From NCBI GenBank assembly GCA_964418305.1, contig CAYQLX010000002.1, positions 6,064 through 44,957 on the forward strand: a stretch of DNA of 38,894 bases, given 5' to 3'. Source of the stretch: an uncultured Coriobacteriaceae bacterium. Lineage in GTDB: Bacteria; Actinomycetota; Coriobacteriia; Coriobacteriales; QAMH01. A model generated the notes under the pieces. The model was given only the letters and a program-made list of their open reading frames with translations. It was not told the origin of the DNA and ran no database searches. Positions within the stretch are counted from its first letter, which is position 1. Each line of letters begins with the position of its first letter. The position numbers and the translations under genes were made by a program. Of this stretch, positions 8,307-16,290 are shown piece by piece.

Positions 8307-9518
8307 CTAGATGATCTTGTTCTCCTTGAGCTGTGCCATCTCCTCGGCAGAAAGGCCCAGCAAGCCACCGTAGATCTCCTCGTTGTTGCCGCCGAGCTTG
8401 GGCGAGCACTCGTAGTCGATGACGTTTTCGGACATACGGGCTGCAAAGCCAGGAACCTTGATCTTGCCGCGGTAGTCGTGCTCTACCTCAACGACGATGC
8501 CGCTTTCTGTGTACTGCGGATCGCTTGCAAAGTCGCTGATGTCGAGCATGGCGCCAGCGGGGACATCTGCCTTGGCGAGGATGTCCATGGCCTCTTGCTT
8601 GGTGTGCTGAGAAGTCCACTCGGTGATGATTGCGTTAAGCGCATCGCGGTTCTCATAGCGGGTGTGCGGAGTAGCCATGCGCGGGTCGTCCAGAAGCTCT
8701 TCATGGCCGATGGCCTTGCACAGATAGCTCCACTGCTTGGAACCTGGGTTACGCGACGTGTAGATATGCACGTAGTCGTTGGGACCAAAGGGCTTGCAGG
8801 GATAGGTATCGGACGGAGCCACATCCTCCAGGGGCATGCCGTTGCCAACGCGGCGGGGCGGCTTTCCCGTGTTGTAGTAGGGCTCCCAGCCAGAACGACC
8901 AAGGCCGATGATGAAGTCCTGCATATCGCACTCGATTTGCTGGCCAACGCCTTCCTTGTCGCGCTGATACAACGCGGCGGTGATGGCGAGCGCACACATG
9001 AGACCGGTGCCGGAATCGGCAACGCTCACGCCAGCCTTGATGGGCTGATCGGGCAGACCGGTAGCAGAGACGAAGCCGCCGGCATGGGTTGCGATCGGGT
9101 CAAACGCGGGGTACTCGGCGTAAGGCCCTTGAGAGTAGAAGCCCTTGATGGATGCGTAGACAATCTTGGGGTTGACCTTCTTGCACTCCTCATAGGAAAG
9201 GCCGAGCCTTGCCATGGAGCCGGGGCCCATGTTTTCGACGATGACGTCACACTTCTCCAGAAGCTTGAGCATCAGGTCATGACCCTCGGGGGTCTTCATG
9301 TTGCAGGTGAGACCCTTCTTGTTCATGTTCATGATGATGAAGCCGTAGCTGTCATGCTCGGGATCCAGACCGGAGTAACGGCCAAGCTCGCCGCGACCCG
9401 GACGCTCCACCTTCAAGACCTCTGCGCCGAGCCAAGCAAGCGTCTCGGTGCAAACGGTACCTGCCTCGAACTGCGTAAGGTCCAAGATCCTTGCGCCGCT
9501 CAGTGCTCCCTTACCCAT
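8307..9518 (-). CDS. Family III CoA-transferase (CaiB/BaiF/Frc/FldA/HadA family)
   Basis: 403 aa. LDLTQFEAGTVCTETLAWLGAEVLKVERPG, KTPEGHDLMLKLLEKCDVIVENMGPG and the catalytic-Asp context GVSVADSGTGLM align by eye with remembered formyl-CoA transferase. Confidence 0.9.
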   Translation of the reverse strand: MGKGALSGARILDLTQFEAGTVCTETLAWLGAEVLKVERPGRGELGRYSGLDPEHDSYGFIIMNMNKKGLTCNMKTPEGHDLMLKLLEKCDVIVENMGPGSMARLGLSYEECKKVNPKIVYASIKGFYSQGPYAEYPAFDPIATHAGGFVSATGLPDQPIKAGVSVADSGTGLMCALAITAALYQRDKEGVGQQIECDMQDFIIGLGRSGWEPYYNTGKPPRRVGNGMPLEDVAPSDTYPCKPFGPNDYVHIYTSRNPGSKQWSYLCKAIGHEELLDDPRMATPHTRYENRDALNAIITEWTSQHTKQEAMDILAKADVPAGAMLDISDFASDPQYTESGIVVEVEHDYRGKIKVPGFAARMSENVIDYECSPKLGGNNEEIYGGLLGLSAEEMAQLKENKII

Positions 9519-9551
9519 ATCATTACCTCCTAGTTTCCAAAAACTCGTTGC

Positions 9552-10904
9552 TTATTTGTCTGCGTTGGGGATAACGCGGTTCTCGATGAAGTCCTCGACC
9601 ATGGCGAGCATGTTGTCGCGGCTGAGCTTGCGCGGGTCAACAGGGTCGGCCACAAAGCGCAGCACCGGCACGCCAGCTTGCTCAAGCGCCTTTTCGATGA
9701 AGTAAGAGCCCTCGATGTTTTGCATGCAGTTGTCGGGGACCATATAGACAACGCCGTCGATGCCGTTGGTCTGGGCTTCTTTGACAAACCACGCTGCATT
9801 CCAGGGCGGCATGTGCAAGGCGTCCTGCATGATGATCTCGCGCGCGGCCAAGCAGCGCAGGGGGTCTTCCTCGACGTGGTAGCGGATGTAGGTATCAGCG
9901 CCCATAGCCAGATACATAGACCACACGAAGGCAGCGCCGTACTTCTTCTCGAAGTTCTGATAGAACTCAAAGTCATGCCACAAGCCGCGGCCAATCCACA
10001 TGAGGCGATACTTCTCGTTGGGGACGGCGTAATCCTTGGCGTCGACGAGAGCCTTGATCTCCATGTAGAGGCTCTTGGCGTGGTCAACTGCCCACTGCGT
10101 ACCGCGCTGCCACTGAGCCTGCATAACGGCGTTGATGGTGTCGACGACGGTAACAGGAGCGGGGCGGGAAACAGCGATGAGGTCGCGGGTTTTCTTGTAC
10201 CACTCCTCCTGCTCGTTGATCAGGTTCATGACCTCGATGAACTTCTGCTCGTCGAACATATGGCCCGTCTCCTGCTCCAAGAAGCGGATTAGCTCCTTGA
10301 AGTCGTCAACGAACTCGTCCAGACGATCGCTGTCCAGAAGCTCTTCCCAATCGTACGGGGCAAGCTCCCACCAGTTGAGCGGGGTCGTGCGGGTCTGCGT
10401 GACCTCCATCGTAAAGAGCTTGGCGCCGTAGTTTTTGCTAAACAGCTCGAAGATCTTGTTCTGGCAATCGCAGCAAAGACGCGTGATAGCGATGGTGGGC
10501 TTGGGAAGACCGCCCCAGGGACCCAGCGGCTTGCCGTCTTCTCCGATGGCGTGGTCATCGGGGTCCATGCTCTCTGCCAGAGGTGTAGCGCAGTACGTGC
10601 ACAGGTCATCGCGGTAACCCGCTGCACGCAGCAGGTCAAAGTACTTCTTGTTCATGCGCTTTGCGGCGCAGATAGCACTCCACCACTGGTTCACGACGAA
10701 GGGGATATCCATCGCGCGCAAAATCTCGATGGGCACATCGGCGTTGATGTAAGCAAACGGGCTACCTGTTCCCTCTACCTGACGCTTGAGGTCCTGGAAC
10801 CACTGCTTCTGATACGCGCTCGCAACTGCAGTAGCCTTGAGTCGCTTGACTGCCTTGCTCTTGCTGCCGCTTTGAGGGGCAGCACCCTGCTTCTTCTCTT
10901 CCAT
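9552..10904 (-). CDS. 2-hydroxyacyl-CoA dehydratase / benzoyl-CoA reductase B/C family protein (HGD-D fold), large subunit
   Basis: 450 aa. N-terminal AYINADVPIEILRAMDIPFVV, typical of HgdA/HadB/FldB-type proteins, plus several Cys clusters (LCTYCATP, RLCCDCQ). The ATG overlaps the upstream stop (TAATG at 10904). Confidence 0.75.
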   Translation of the reverse strand: MEEKKQGAAPQSGSKSKAVKRLKATAVASAYQKQWFQDLKRQVEGTGSPFAYINADVPIEILRAMDIPFVVNQWWSAICAAKRMNKKYFDLLRAAGYRDDLCTYCATPLAESMDPDDHAIGEDGKPLGPWGGLPKPTIAITRLCCDCQNKIFELFSKNYGAKLFTMEVTQTRTTPLNWWELAPYDWEELLDSDRLDEFVDDFKELIRFLEQETGHMFDEQKFIEVMNLINEQEEWYKKTRDLIAVSRPAPVTVVDTINAVMQAQWQRGTQWAVDHAKSLYMEIKALVDAKDYAVPNEKYRLMWIGRGLWHDFEFYQNFEKKYGAAFVWSMYLAMGADTYIRYHVEEDPLRCLAAREIIMQDALHMPPWNAAWFVKEAQTNGIDGVVYMVPDNCMQNIEGSYFIEKALEQAGVPVLRFVADPVDPRKLSRDNMLAMVEDFIENRVIPNADK

Positions 10905-12070
10905 TACGCACCAACCTTAAGACTGCCGACAAAGCTGTCGAGCTCTGCGTTCAAATTGTCGTTTTTGGAAACAGGCCACTGCTGGCGGAAGAACGCCACC
11001 GTCTTCACGCCTGCCTCCTCGAGGGCTTTCTTCTGCTCGGGGTAATCCCAAGATGCAGACTCGTCATGCTCATGCAAATAGAAGATGACGCCGTCTGCTG
11101 CGCAATCGGCAGCTGCTGTAGAAAGGCTTTCAACCCTATCTGCCACAGGAGCCTTGCACGTGCTTATCTGACGCAGCATATAGCGGTCGACGATGGCGCG
11201 GATGGGGTCGATATCGGTACGCGTGTCACGATCAAATGCCCTGTCGCCCCAATTGTGATCCTCACCTACGACAACGCACCCGCAGGCCTCGATTGCATCG
11301 TAAAGATCCAAGGACTCCTGCGCGGTACCGGTCACAAAGACGCGCGGGCCCTCGATAGCAGGCCAGTTCTTGGCATCTGCGGCAACCTGGCGTACGAGCT
11401 CGGCATGGGTGGCGCGGTCCATGAAGAACGAAGAGCCGGTAATCACAGCGGCCTCTGCTCCGTTGATGCGCGGGGTCTCGCCGTGACGCAGCGCGGCGAC
11501 CTGACGCAGTGCAGCGCGGTCCTCGTTGCAGATTTCTGCAGCCTGCTTAATCTCCTCGTCGGTGATGGGGCGGGCAATCCACTTCTCTACCGTTTCGCGG
11601 AAGCGTGCCACGACCTTCTTGTTCTCGTCCTGATAAAGACGATGACGCGACCACAGCCAGTCGACAAACTCGACGGGCGGGAGGTTCATCTGCCTCTCGC
11701 TGCGGCGCATCTCACGCAGGTACAGCCACATGCGCAGCTCGAAGTCGCTGGTGTGGGAGACGGTCAGATAATCGAACAGCCCTGCATAGGTACCGTCGAC
11801 GATCTTCTCAAACGTTGCGTACGTGCAAGGCTCAAAGGCCTTCTCGAGATAGATTTCTGTGAACTTGAAGTCCTTATTGGGATCGGCATAAACGCGAACC
11901 GGCAACATGCCAGCTGCAATCACAATCTCATCGGGAACGTCAGCACCCATCTCGCCAACAACCTTACCGCCCTGCTCTTTGAACTCGAGCAGATACTTCT
12001 CGCGGTTTTGGTAGATGTCGTACAGAGTTGAAAACGCAGAACTCTGCCTAGCACACTCTCGTATTGTCAT
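10904..12070 (-). CDS. 2-hydroxyacyl-CoA dehydratase family protein (HGD-D fold), small subunit
   Basis: Start trimmed to ATG 12068-12070 (MTIRECARQ), preceded by GAAGGAGAG. 388 aa with VVGEMGADVPDEIVIAAGMLPVRVY and C-terminal DGVIFYLHEHDES, typical of the family. Confidence 0.75.
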   Translation of the reverse strand: MTIRECARQSSAFSTLYDIYQNREKYLLEFKEQGGKVVGEMGADVPDEIVIAAGMLPVRVYADPNKDFKFTEIYLEKAFEPCTYATFEKIVDGTYAGLFDYLTVSHTSDFELRMWLYLREMRRSERQMNLPPVEFVDWLWSRHRLYQDENKKVVARFRETVEKWIARPITDEEIKQAAEICNEDRAALRQVAALRHGETPRINGAEAAVITGSSFFMDRATHAELVRQVAADAKNWPAIEGPRVFVTGTAQESLDLYDAIEACGCVVVGEDHNWGDRAFDRDTRTDIDPIRAIVDRYMLRQISTCKAPVADRVESLSTAAADCAADGVIFYLHEHDESASWDYPEQKKALEEAGVKTVAFFRQQWPVSKNDNLNAELDSFVGSLKVGA

Positions 12071-12251
12071 GTAGGACTCTCCTTCGTTAACGGCACGCCG
12101 TTGCTTTTGCCAAGGACGATACCCATGCATATGCCCACCCTTAGGCACGAAAGACGAGGCTCGTCTTTTGCATATCCTCATAGTAAGGAGCAGCCATGAC
12201 CTGCGGAATAAACACAAACTCCACGGGGTGCGGACAGGTTGTTTATATGTT

Positions 12252-12305
12252 CTAAAACAGATAAAACAATGCCAGCGCACCCTCTCTCAAAGGCACGCTG
12301 GCATT
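12252..12305 (-). terminator. Rho-independent terminator of the LysR gene
   Basis: 10-bp stem AATGCCAGCG/CGCTGGCATT (12268-12305), followed on the minus strand by GTTTTATCTGTTTT. Confidence 0.7.
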
Positions 12306-12335
12306 GTCAAAAACGCATAAAGGAGGCGGTTACTT

Positions 12336-13238
12336 TTAGAGGTCTGCCGGGGCGTAAGGAGAAGACGCCACCCTTTCTCTTATGCACTCTGCAAGCTCAT
12401 GATCGACCTCACGATGAACAGTCTGGAGCACGATGTGGGCATCGAGCGGCTCGTAGTTTGCGGGCGTGCAGTAGCATTCCTTGGACCACGGGCTGCGATC
12501 GACGTCTAACTGTCGTATGAAGGTCACCTCTTTGCCGGGGCGTGACAACAATCTGGCGATGTAGTCCTTATCTACCTCGCGCACGCGCAGCTCAAAGCCA
12601 AGGCGCTGGCAATGAGTCTGCAGGATCTTCACCCAAGCAAAGCTGCGGTACTCGGTTATGACCGTAAGGTCGCGCAAATCTGCAAAAGAAAAGCTGCCTC
12701 GCTTTGCAATGTCGCTTTGGCAGTTGACCAGGGGCACAAAGCGCAAAGCACATATCTCTTCTTGAGGAAGCTCGCGCAAGTCATCTATCTCGGATGAGAG
12801 GAACCTGTAGTCGTAACCGCCGTCCATGAAAATCTTTGAGAGGCGCTCTTCGTTTTCCCTGAGCATCAGGGCTTTGACGCAGTCATCGGGATGGGAGAGG
12901 TTGTAATCCTCGACGCCCTGCAAAACCACATCGCCAAACATAGAGTCACGGCCGATAAGGTAGCGCGCGTGCTCCGCGCGTTTAAGATCGCTCAGATAAG
13001 CGTAGACTTCGTCTTCTGCCTGGACCATCTGCTTAAAAGACGGCTGTAGATTCTTTGCCTGCTCGGTCAATATCATGCCTTGGGCGCTTCTTACAAAAAG
13101 ACGTACTCCGAGCTTTGTCTCCAGCCTTTTAAGGGAGCGGGAAAGCCCCTGAGGGGAGATATACAAAGCGGCGGCGGCTTGGTTCACGCTCCCGTGCTCG
13201 CAAATAGCAAGAAAATAACGGGCTTCGTCTGTGTTCAT
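12336..13238 (-). CDS. LysR family transcriptional regulator
   Basis: Start trimmed to ATG 13236-13238 (MNTDEARYFLAICEHGSVNQAAAALYISPQGLSRSLKRLE, a canonical LysR wHTH). GGAGG lies 11 nt upstream. Confidence 0.85.
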   Translation of the reverse strand: MNTDEARYFLAICEHGSVNQAAAALYISPQGLSRSLKRLETKLGVRLFVRSAQGMILTEQAKNLQPSFKQMVQAEDEVYAYLSDLKRAEHARYLIGRDSMFGDVVLQGVEDYNLSHPDDCVKALMLRENEERLSKIFMDGGYDYRFLSSEIDDLRELPQEEICALRFVPLVNCQSDIAKRGSFSFADLRDLTVITEYRSFAWVKILQTHCQRLGFELRVREVDKDYIARLLSRPGKEVTFIRQLDVDRSPWSKECYCTPANYEPLDAHIVLQTVHREVDHELAECIRERVASSPYAPADL

Positions 13239-13307
13239 AAAAACGCGAACCTCCAATGCGCGCATTGCTCGAATACGCTCAAGTATAAAGCCTTTGCGGC
13301 CCGACAC

Positions 13308-13345
13308 AAAAAGGCGGCGCCCAGAATTCCCATTCCGAGCGCCGC
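13308..13345 (-). terminator. Rho-independent terminator of the 13377-14309 transporter gene
   Basis: Stem GCGGCGC/GCGCCGC (13314-13345), followed on the minus strand by CTTTTTGTGT. Confidence 0.7.
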
Positions 13346-13376
13346 GTAACTTATCTGTAGATATAGCTAACTTGTG

Positions 13377-14309
13377 CTAAGCAGCGGCAGCCTCAGACTC
13401 ACCGCCGTCATTTTGCTTAGATTGCATCAGCTCGGAAAGCGCAATGGCAACAAGGATGATGACAATGCCCAAGATTTTGAAGAACGTCGTGCTCTCACCG
13501 CACAGAATAACGCCAGCGATAACAGCAACGGGAAGCTCAGATGACGTGAGGATACCCACGATGCCGCCGGGCAGGTTATTAGTCGCAACAGAGATGCAGA
13601 CGCAGGGGATAATCGTCATGACAAGACCCATGATGATGCCGCCGGGCACGAGGTCAACGATGTTACCTGTCGCAGTGCCTGCGGCAGGAAGCATGATGAC
13701 CACAAAGATCAGCGCACCAAACGACATGAAGAAGGTCCTCGTGACAGAAGGCACCTCCACGGCAATGCGGCCGTTAAAGCAGATAAAGATTGCGTAGCAA
13801 ACAGCGCAGACCATCGCAAAGAAAACACCCAAGGGGTCCATAGTCGTCTGACCGGACATGATGTCATCAAACAAGCCGCTGCCAAAGAACGTACCGACGA
13901 TGATGGCAATGGCCGAAATAATGACCCAGATATTGGGCACCTTGCGGTCCAGTAGTGCCTGGATAACCACGGTGATCCACACATACTGGAACTGCATGGC
14001 CACGGCTTGGTTAACAGAAATCATATCGATCGCAATGTAGTACGTGTAAGACGATATAGCAGAGATAACACCCAAAATAGCGAGCTGGATGATGTCCTTG
14101 CGGGTCATCTTGCAGCGATAACGCACCAAGACCAAGACGCCCAAGATAATAGTAGAAGCCAAAAGCTGGGCGACGATGATATGCCCAACCTCAAAACCAC
14201 CGGTTTTGACCAATTGACTGATTGCGCCACCGACGCCGTAAGCCGCGCCAGCTGCCAGACCCATAACGGCAGCAAAAGCACGTCCACCGTTTGTGTTTGT
14301 GGTACTCAT
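13377..14309 (-). CDS. DMT-superfamily (EamA/multidrug-efflux-like) membrane transporter
   Basis: Start trimmed to ATG 14307-14309 (MSTTNTNGG) after GGAAGG. 310 aa with about 10 hydrophobic helices. Confidence 0.7.
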   Translation of the reverse strand: MSTTNTNGGRAFAAVMGLAAGAAYGVGGAISQLVKTGGFEVGHIIVAQLLASTIILGVLVLVRYRCKMTRKDIIQLAILGVISAISSYTYYIAIDMISVNQAVAMQFQYVWITVVIQALLDRKVPNIWVIISAIAIIVGTFFGSGLFDDIMSGQTTMDPLGVFFAMVCAVCYAIFICFNGRIAVEVPSVTRTFFMSFGALIFVVIMLPAAGTATGNIVDLVPGGIIMGLVMTIIPCVCISVATNNLPGGIVGILTSSELPVAVIAGVILCGESTTFFKILGIVIILVAIALSELMQSKQNDGGESEAAAA

Positions 14310-14373
14310 AAAAACCTTCCAAAAACTCATTAACCGATAATTACTATATTGAATCCAGAAGCAAGACAAATCC

Positions 14374-14456
14374 GCAGCACGCCAGCTTGTGCTGCTTCCG
14401 TACCCAAAAACGCGATAAGGAGCTGTGCCAGGGTCATCACCACCTGGCGCAGCTCC
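14374..14456 (-). terminator. Two tandem hairpins after esterase A
   Basis: A 14-bp imperfect stem GGAGCTGTGCCAGG/CCTGGCGCAGCTCC lies at 14419-14456. A 7-bp stem GCAGCAC/GTGCTGC lies at 14374-14395, followed on the minus strand by GGATTTGTCTTGCTT. Confidence 0.5.
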
Positions 14457-14473
14457 ATTAAGACAGACAACAG

Positions 14474-15973
14474 TTAGTTGAACCTGCGGGCGATATCCAA
14501 ATCCTCGGGGCGGACCTCGCCAGAAGCGCGCCACTCACTGCCCATGTACATCGTGCAGCGGTCATTGTCGTACGTAGGCCACTCAACGCCAAGAGCCTCA
14601 CCGTTGGGGTCATGCTTGACGATGAAGTTATGCCAAACCTCGCGCAACTTGCGGCCGTATTCCGGATCCGGCTTGTCGCCCAGAAGCGTCTCGCCAGACT
14701 TGAGCTCGAGGTAGAGATTGCCGTCGAGCTTGTCGGCAACGTAGGGAATCTCAAAGCAATGCTGAGCACGGAGCGTACAGCCCTCGGGTTTCACGTCAAT
14801 GTAGTAAACCCAAACGTTGCTGCCGCCCTTGGCCACCTCTTCAGATGCTTTTGCCTGGGCCGCACGGATGAGGAAGTCGTTGAACATATCCTCCATCGTC
14901 TCATGTGCGTCGCGCGCAGGGTCGGTTGCCTTGTATGCCTCGATGTCTGCATCGGTGAGCGTGGGGAACATCTCTTTGAGAGCATCGGCTATCTCATCGG
15001 GAGACATGTTCATCACATTGGGGGCAAACTCGCCAGAAACAGTGCCACTCAAGAGCGCTATGTGCTTGCAAGCGCCGCTCTTCCACTCATCCTCCAGCTT
15101 GCTCGTAAGATCAGTGTCATCGCAAACAGGCCCGAACAGTGCCATGTTGCCAGGCTTCATCTTGGCTTCGAAGCCGTACTTGACAACATCTTCAATGGGC
15201 ATATCCAAGACGTCTTTGAGCGTCTTGCAACCAGAAAGCTCGTAGAAGTCATCAAAACCGTGCTTGACGGACTCGGCATCCGCACGCAGGACCTCATCAG
15301 AAGGCGCGGTGCTCTCGGCGATAACGCCCTTAATCATGCCGCGAACCTCGGGCATGCCCATCAGCACGTAAACAGAGTACGAACCCGCGCTCTGGCCGCC
15401 GATGGTGATTTGCTCGGGGTCGCCGCCAAAGGCCTCGATGTTCTCATAAACCCATTTGATGGCCGCAGCCTGATCATGCATCTGAAGGTTGATGCTGCCG
15501 GCGTAATCCTCGGCGCCTTCAAAGCGGGAAAGATCCATGGAGCCCACGGGCCCAATGCGGTACTCAATGTTCACATAGACAACATCAGGGTAATGCTCAA
15601 CGAACTTATCGCCGCAGTAGACGCCACCAAAGCAATCGGTGCGGCAGCTGCCGGTGATGTAGCTTCCGCCGTGGATGAAGATGTAGACGGGCTTCTTGCC
15701 CTCTGTACCGCTAGTCCACACGTTGAGGTACAGGCAGTCTTCGCTCAAAGGCGGCTTGCCGTCGGGGTATTCCTCAACGGGAACAGCCTGATAGCATGCG
15801 GGGTTGTCGTTAAGAGCCAGATACCTCTCGTCGGAGGGCTCCAAGGGCTGCGCGCGCTTCCAGCGATGCACGGGCTTTGCATAGCGGATGCCAAGATACT
15901 CCTGGACGCCGCTGTCTAGAAGCTTGCCAACGTAGACACCGGTTTTTGCTGTTGCAGTCACCAAGTTTTCCAT
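14474..15973 (-). CDS. Type-B carboxylesterase (para-nitrobenzyl esterase/cholinesterase fold), paralogue A
   Basis: EDCLYLNVW, oxyanion IHGGSY, nucleophile elbow GGQSAGS (Ser codon 15389-15391), acid SGEF, His in RAQHCFEIPYV. No signal peptide. RBS GGGAG. Confidence 0.9.
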   Translation of the reverse strand: MENLVTATAKTGVYVGKLLDSGVQEYLGIRYAKPVHRWKRAQPLEPSDERYLALNDNPACYQAVPVEEYPDGKPPLSEDCLYLNVWTSGTEGKKPVYIFIHGGSYITGSCRTDCFGGVYCGDKFVEHYPDVVYVNIEYRIGPVGSMDLSRFEGAEDYAGSINLQMHDQAAAIKWVYENIEAFGGDPEQITIGGQSAGSYSVYVLMGMPEVRGMIKGVIAESTAPSDEVLRADAESVKHGFDDFYELSGCKTLKDVLDMPIEDVVKYGFEAKMKPGNMALFGPVCDDTDLTSKLEDEWKSGACKHIALLSGTVSGEFAPNVMNMSPDEIADALKEMFPTLTDADIEAYKATDPARDAHETMEDMFNDFLIRAAQAKASEEVAKGGSNVWVYYIDVKPEGCTLRAQHCFEIPYVADKLDGNLYLELKSGETLLGDKPDPEYGRKLREVWHNFIVKHDPNGEALGVEWPTYDNDRCTMYMGSEWRASGEVRPEDLDIARRFN

Positions 15974-16226
15974 TTTTGACTCCCATCAAAAAATGCAATC
16001 GCGCTATCGCCAGAGCTTCTGACGACAGACGTCCTGTCAACATAACCCAGTTTCCTTGATGGTCGTGCTAAACAGAATGTCGGAGAACACCAACACTTAG
16101 CACGAAGATTGTGCAAAACGACCAAATCATCTGAAAAAGATATTAAGCGCTTTACCCCTTGTCTAGGGGACGCGTAACGCACGCCAGCCATAAAAAGCCC
16201 GCTTGCGCTATGTAATCCATGCACAC

Positions 16227-16259
16227 GCAAAGCGGCCGGTGGAAACACCGGCCGCTTGC
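16227..16259 (-). terminator. Strong GAAA-tetraloop hairpin 31 nt after MFS-A stop
   Basis: GCAAAGCGGCCGGTG [GAAA] CACCGGCCGCTTGC, 14 bp with one bulge. There is no clear U-tract. Confidence 0.5.
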
Positions 16260-16290
16260 TGAGAGAGAAAACCCTAAAGAGGTTTGGGCA

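Noticed and set aside
8132-8446. A 104-aa minus-strand ORF spanning the CoA-transferase/fixC spacer.
   Set aside because: It overlaps the 3' end of the CoA-transferase gene out of frame, has no RBS and has low-complexity Ser/Thr/Arg composition. The hairpins explain the region better.
8307-9518. An oxalate degradation locus, suggested by a Frc-like CoA-transferase together with OFA (OxlT-family) MFS transporters.
   Set aside because: No oxalyl-CoA decarboxylase (ThDP enzyme) is present in the window. The OFA-type transporters are paired with esterases rather than with the transferase. The transferase is embedded with dehydratase-family genes.
3337-9518. A canonical carnitine (caiTABCDE-fixABCX) operon.
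   Set aside because: CaiA-, CaiB-, CaiC- and FixABCX-like genes are present. No CaiD-type enoyl-CoA hydratase, CaiE or BCCT transporter (CaiT) is seen, and HGD-D-fold dehydratase subunits take their place. The resemblance is at module level only.
9552-12070. Class I benzoyl-CoA reductase (BcrBC/BadDE).
   Set aside because: No BcrA/BcrD-type ATPase subunits, ferredoxin or downstream dienoyl-CoA pathway genes are present. Adjacency to a family III CoA-transferase fits the dehydratase paradigm better. I cannot exclude this without profile searches.
12150-12168. The hairpin AAAGACGA-GGC-TCGTCTTT, flanked by TGCATAT repeats in the dehydratase operon leader, considered as a riboswitch or attenuator.
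   Set aside because: It is only an 8-bp A/T-flanked stem, I recognise no riboswitch consensus and the promoter position is unknown. It is noted but not supportable as a feature.
12071-12280. N-terminal extensions in the ORF track for several genes: 10904-12280, 12336-13307, 13377-14534, 17890-19197, 22145-23707, 23771-25114, 28650-29978 and 31719-32915.
   Set aside because: The extensions have odd composition and no RBS. Internal ATGs with good GGAGG-type RBSs coincide with the canonical family N-termini, so the starts were trimmed.
16197-16259. A possible antiterminator alternative pairing, CCCGCTTGCG (16197-16206) with CGCAAAGCGG (16226-16235), competing with the 16227-16259 hairpin.
   Set aside because: On the transcribed minus strand the competing segment is made after the hairpin. 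It therefore cannot pre-empt hairpin formation in a classical attenuation mechanism.
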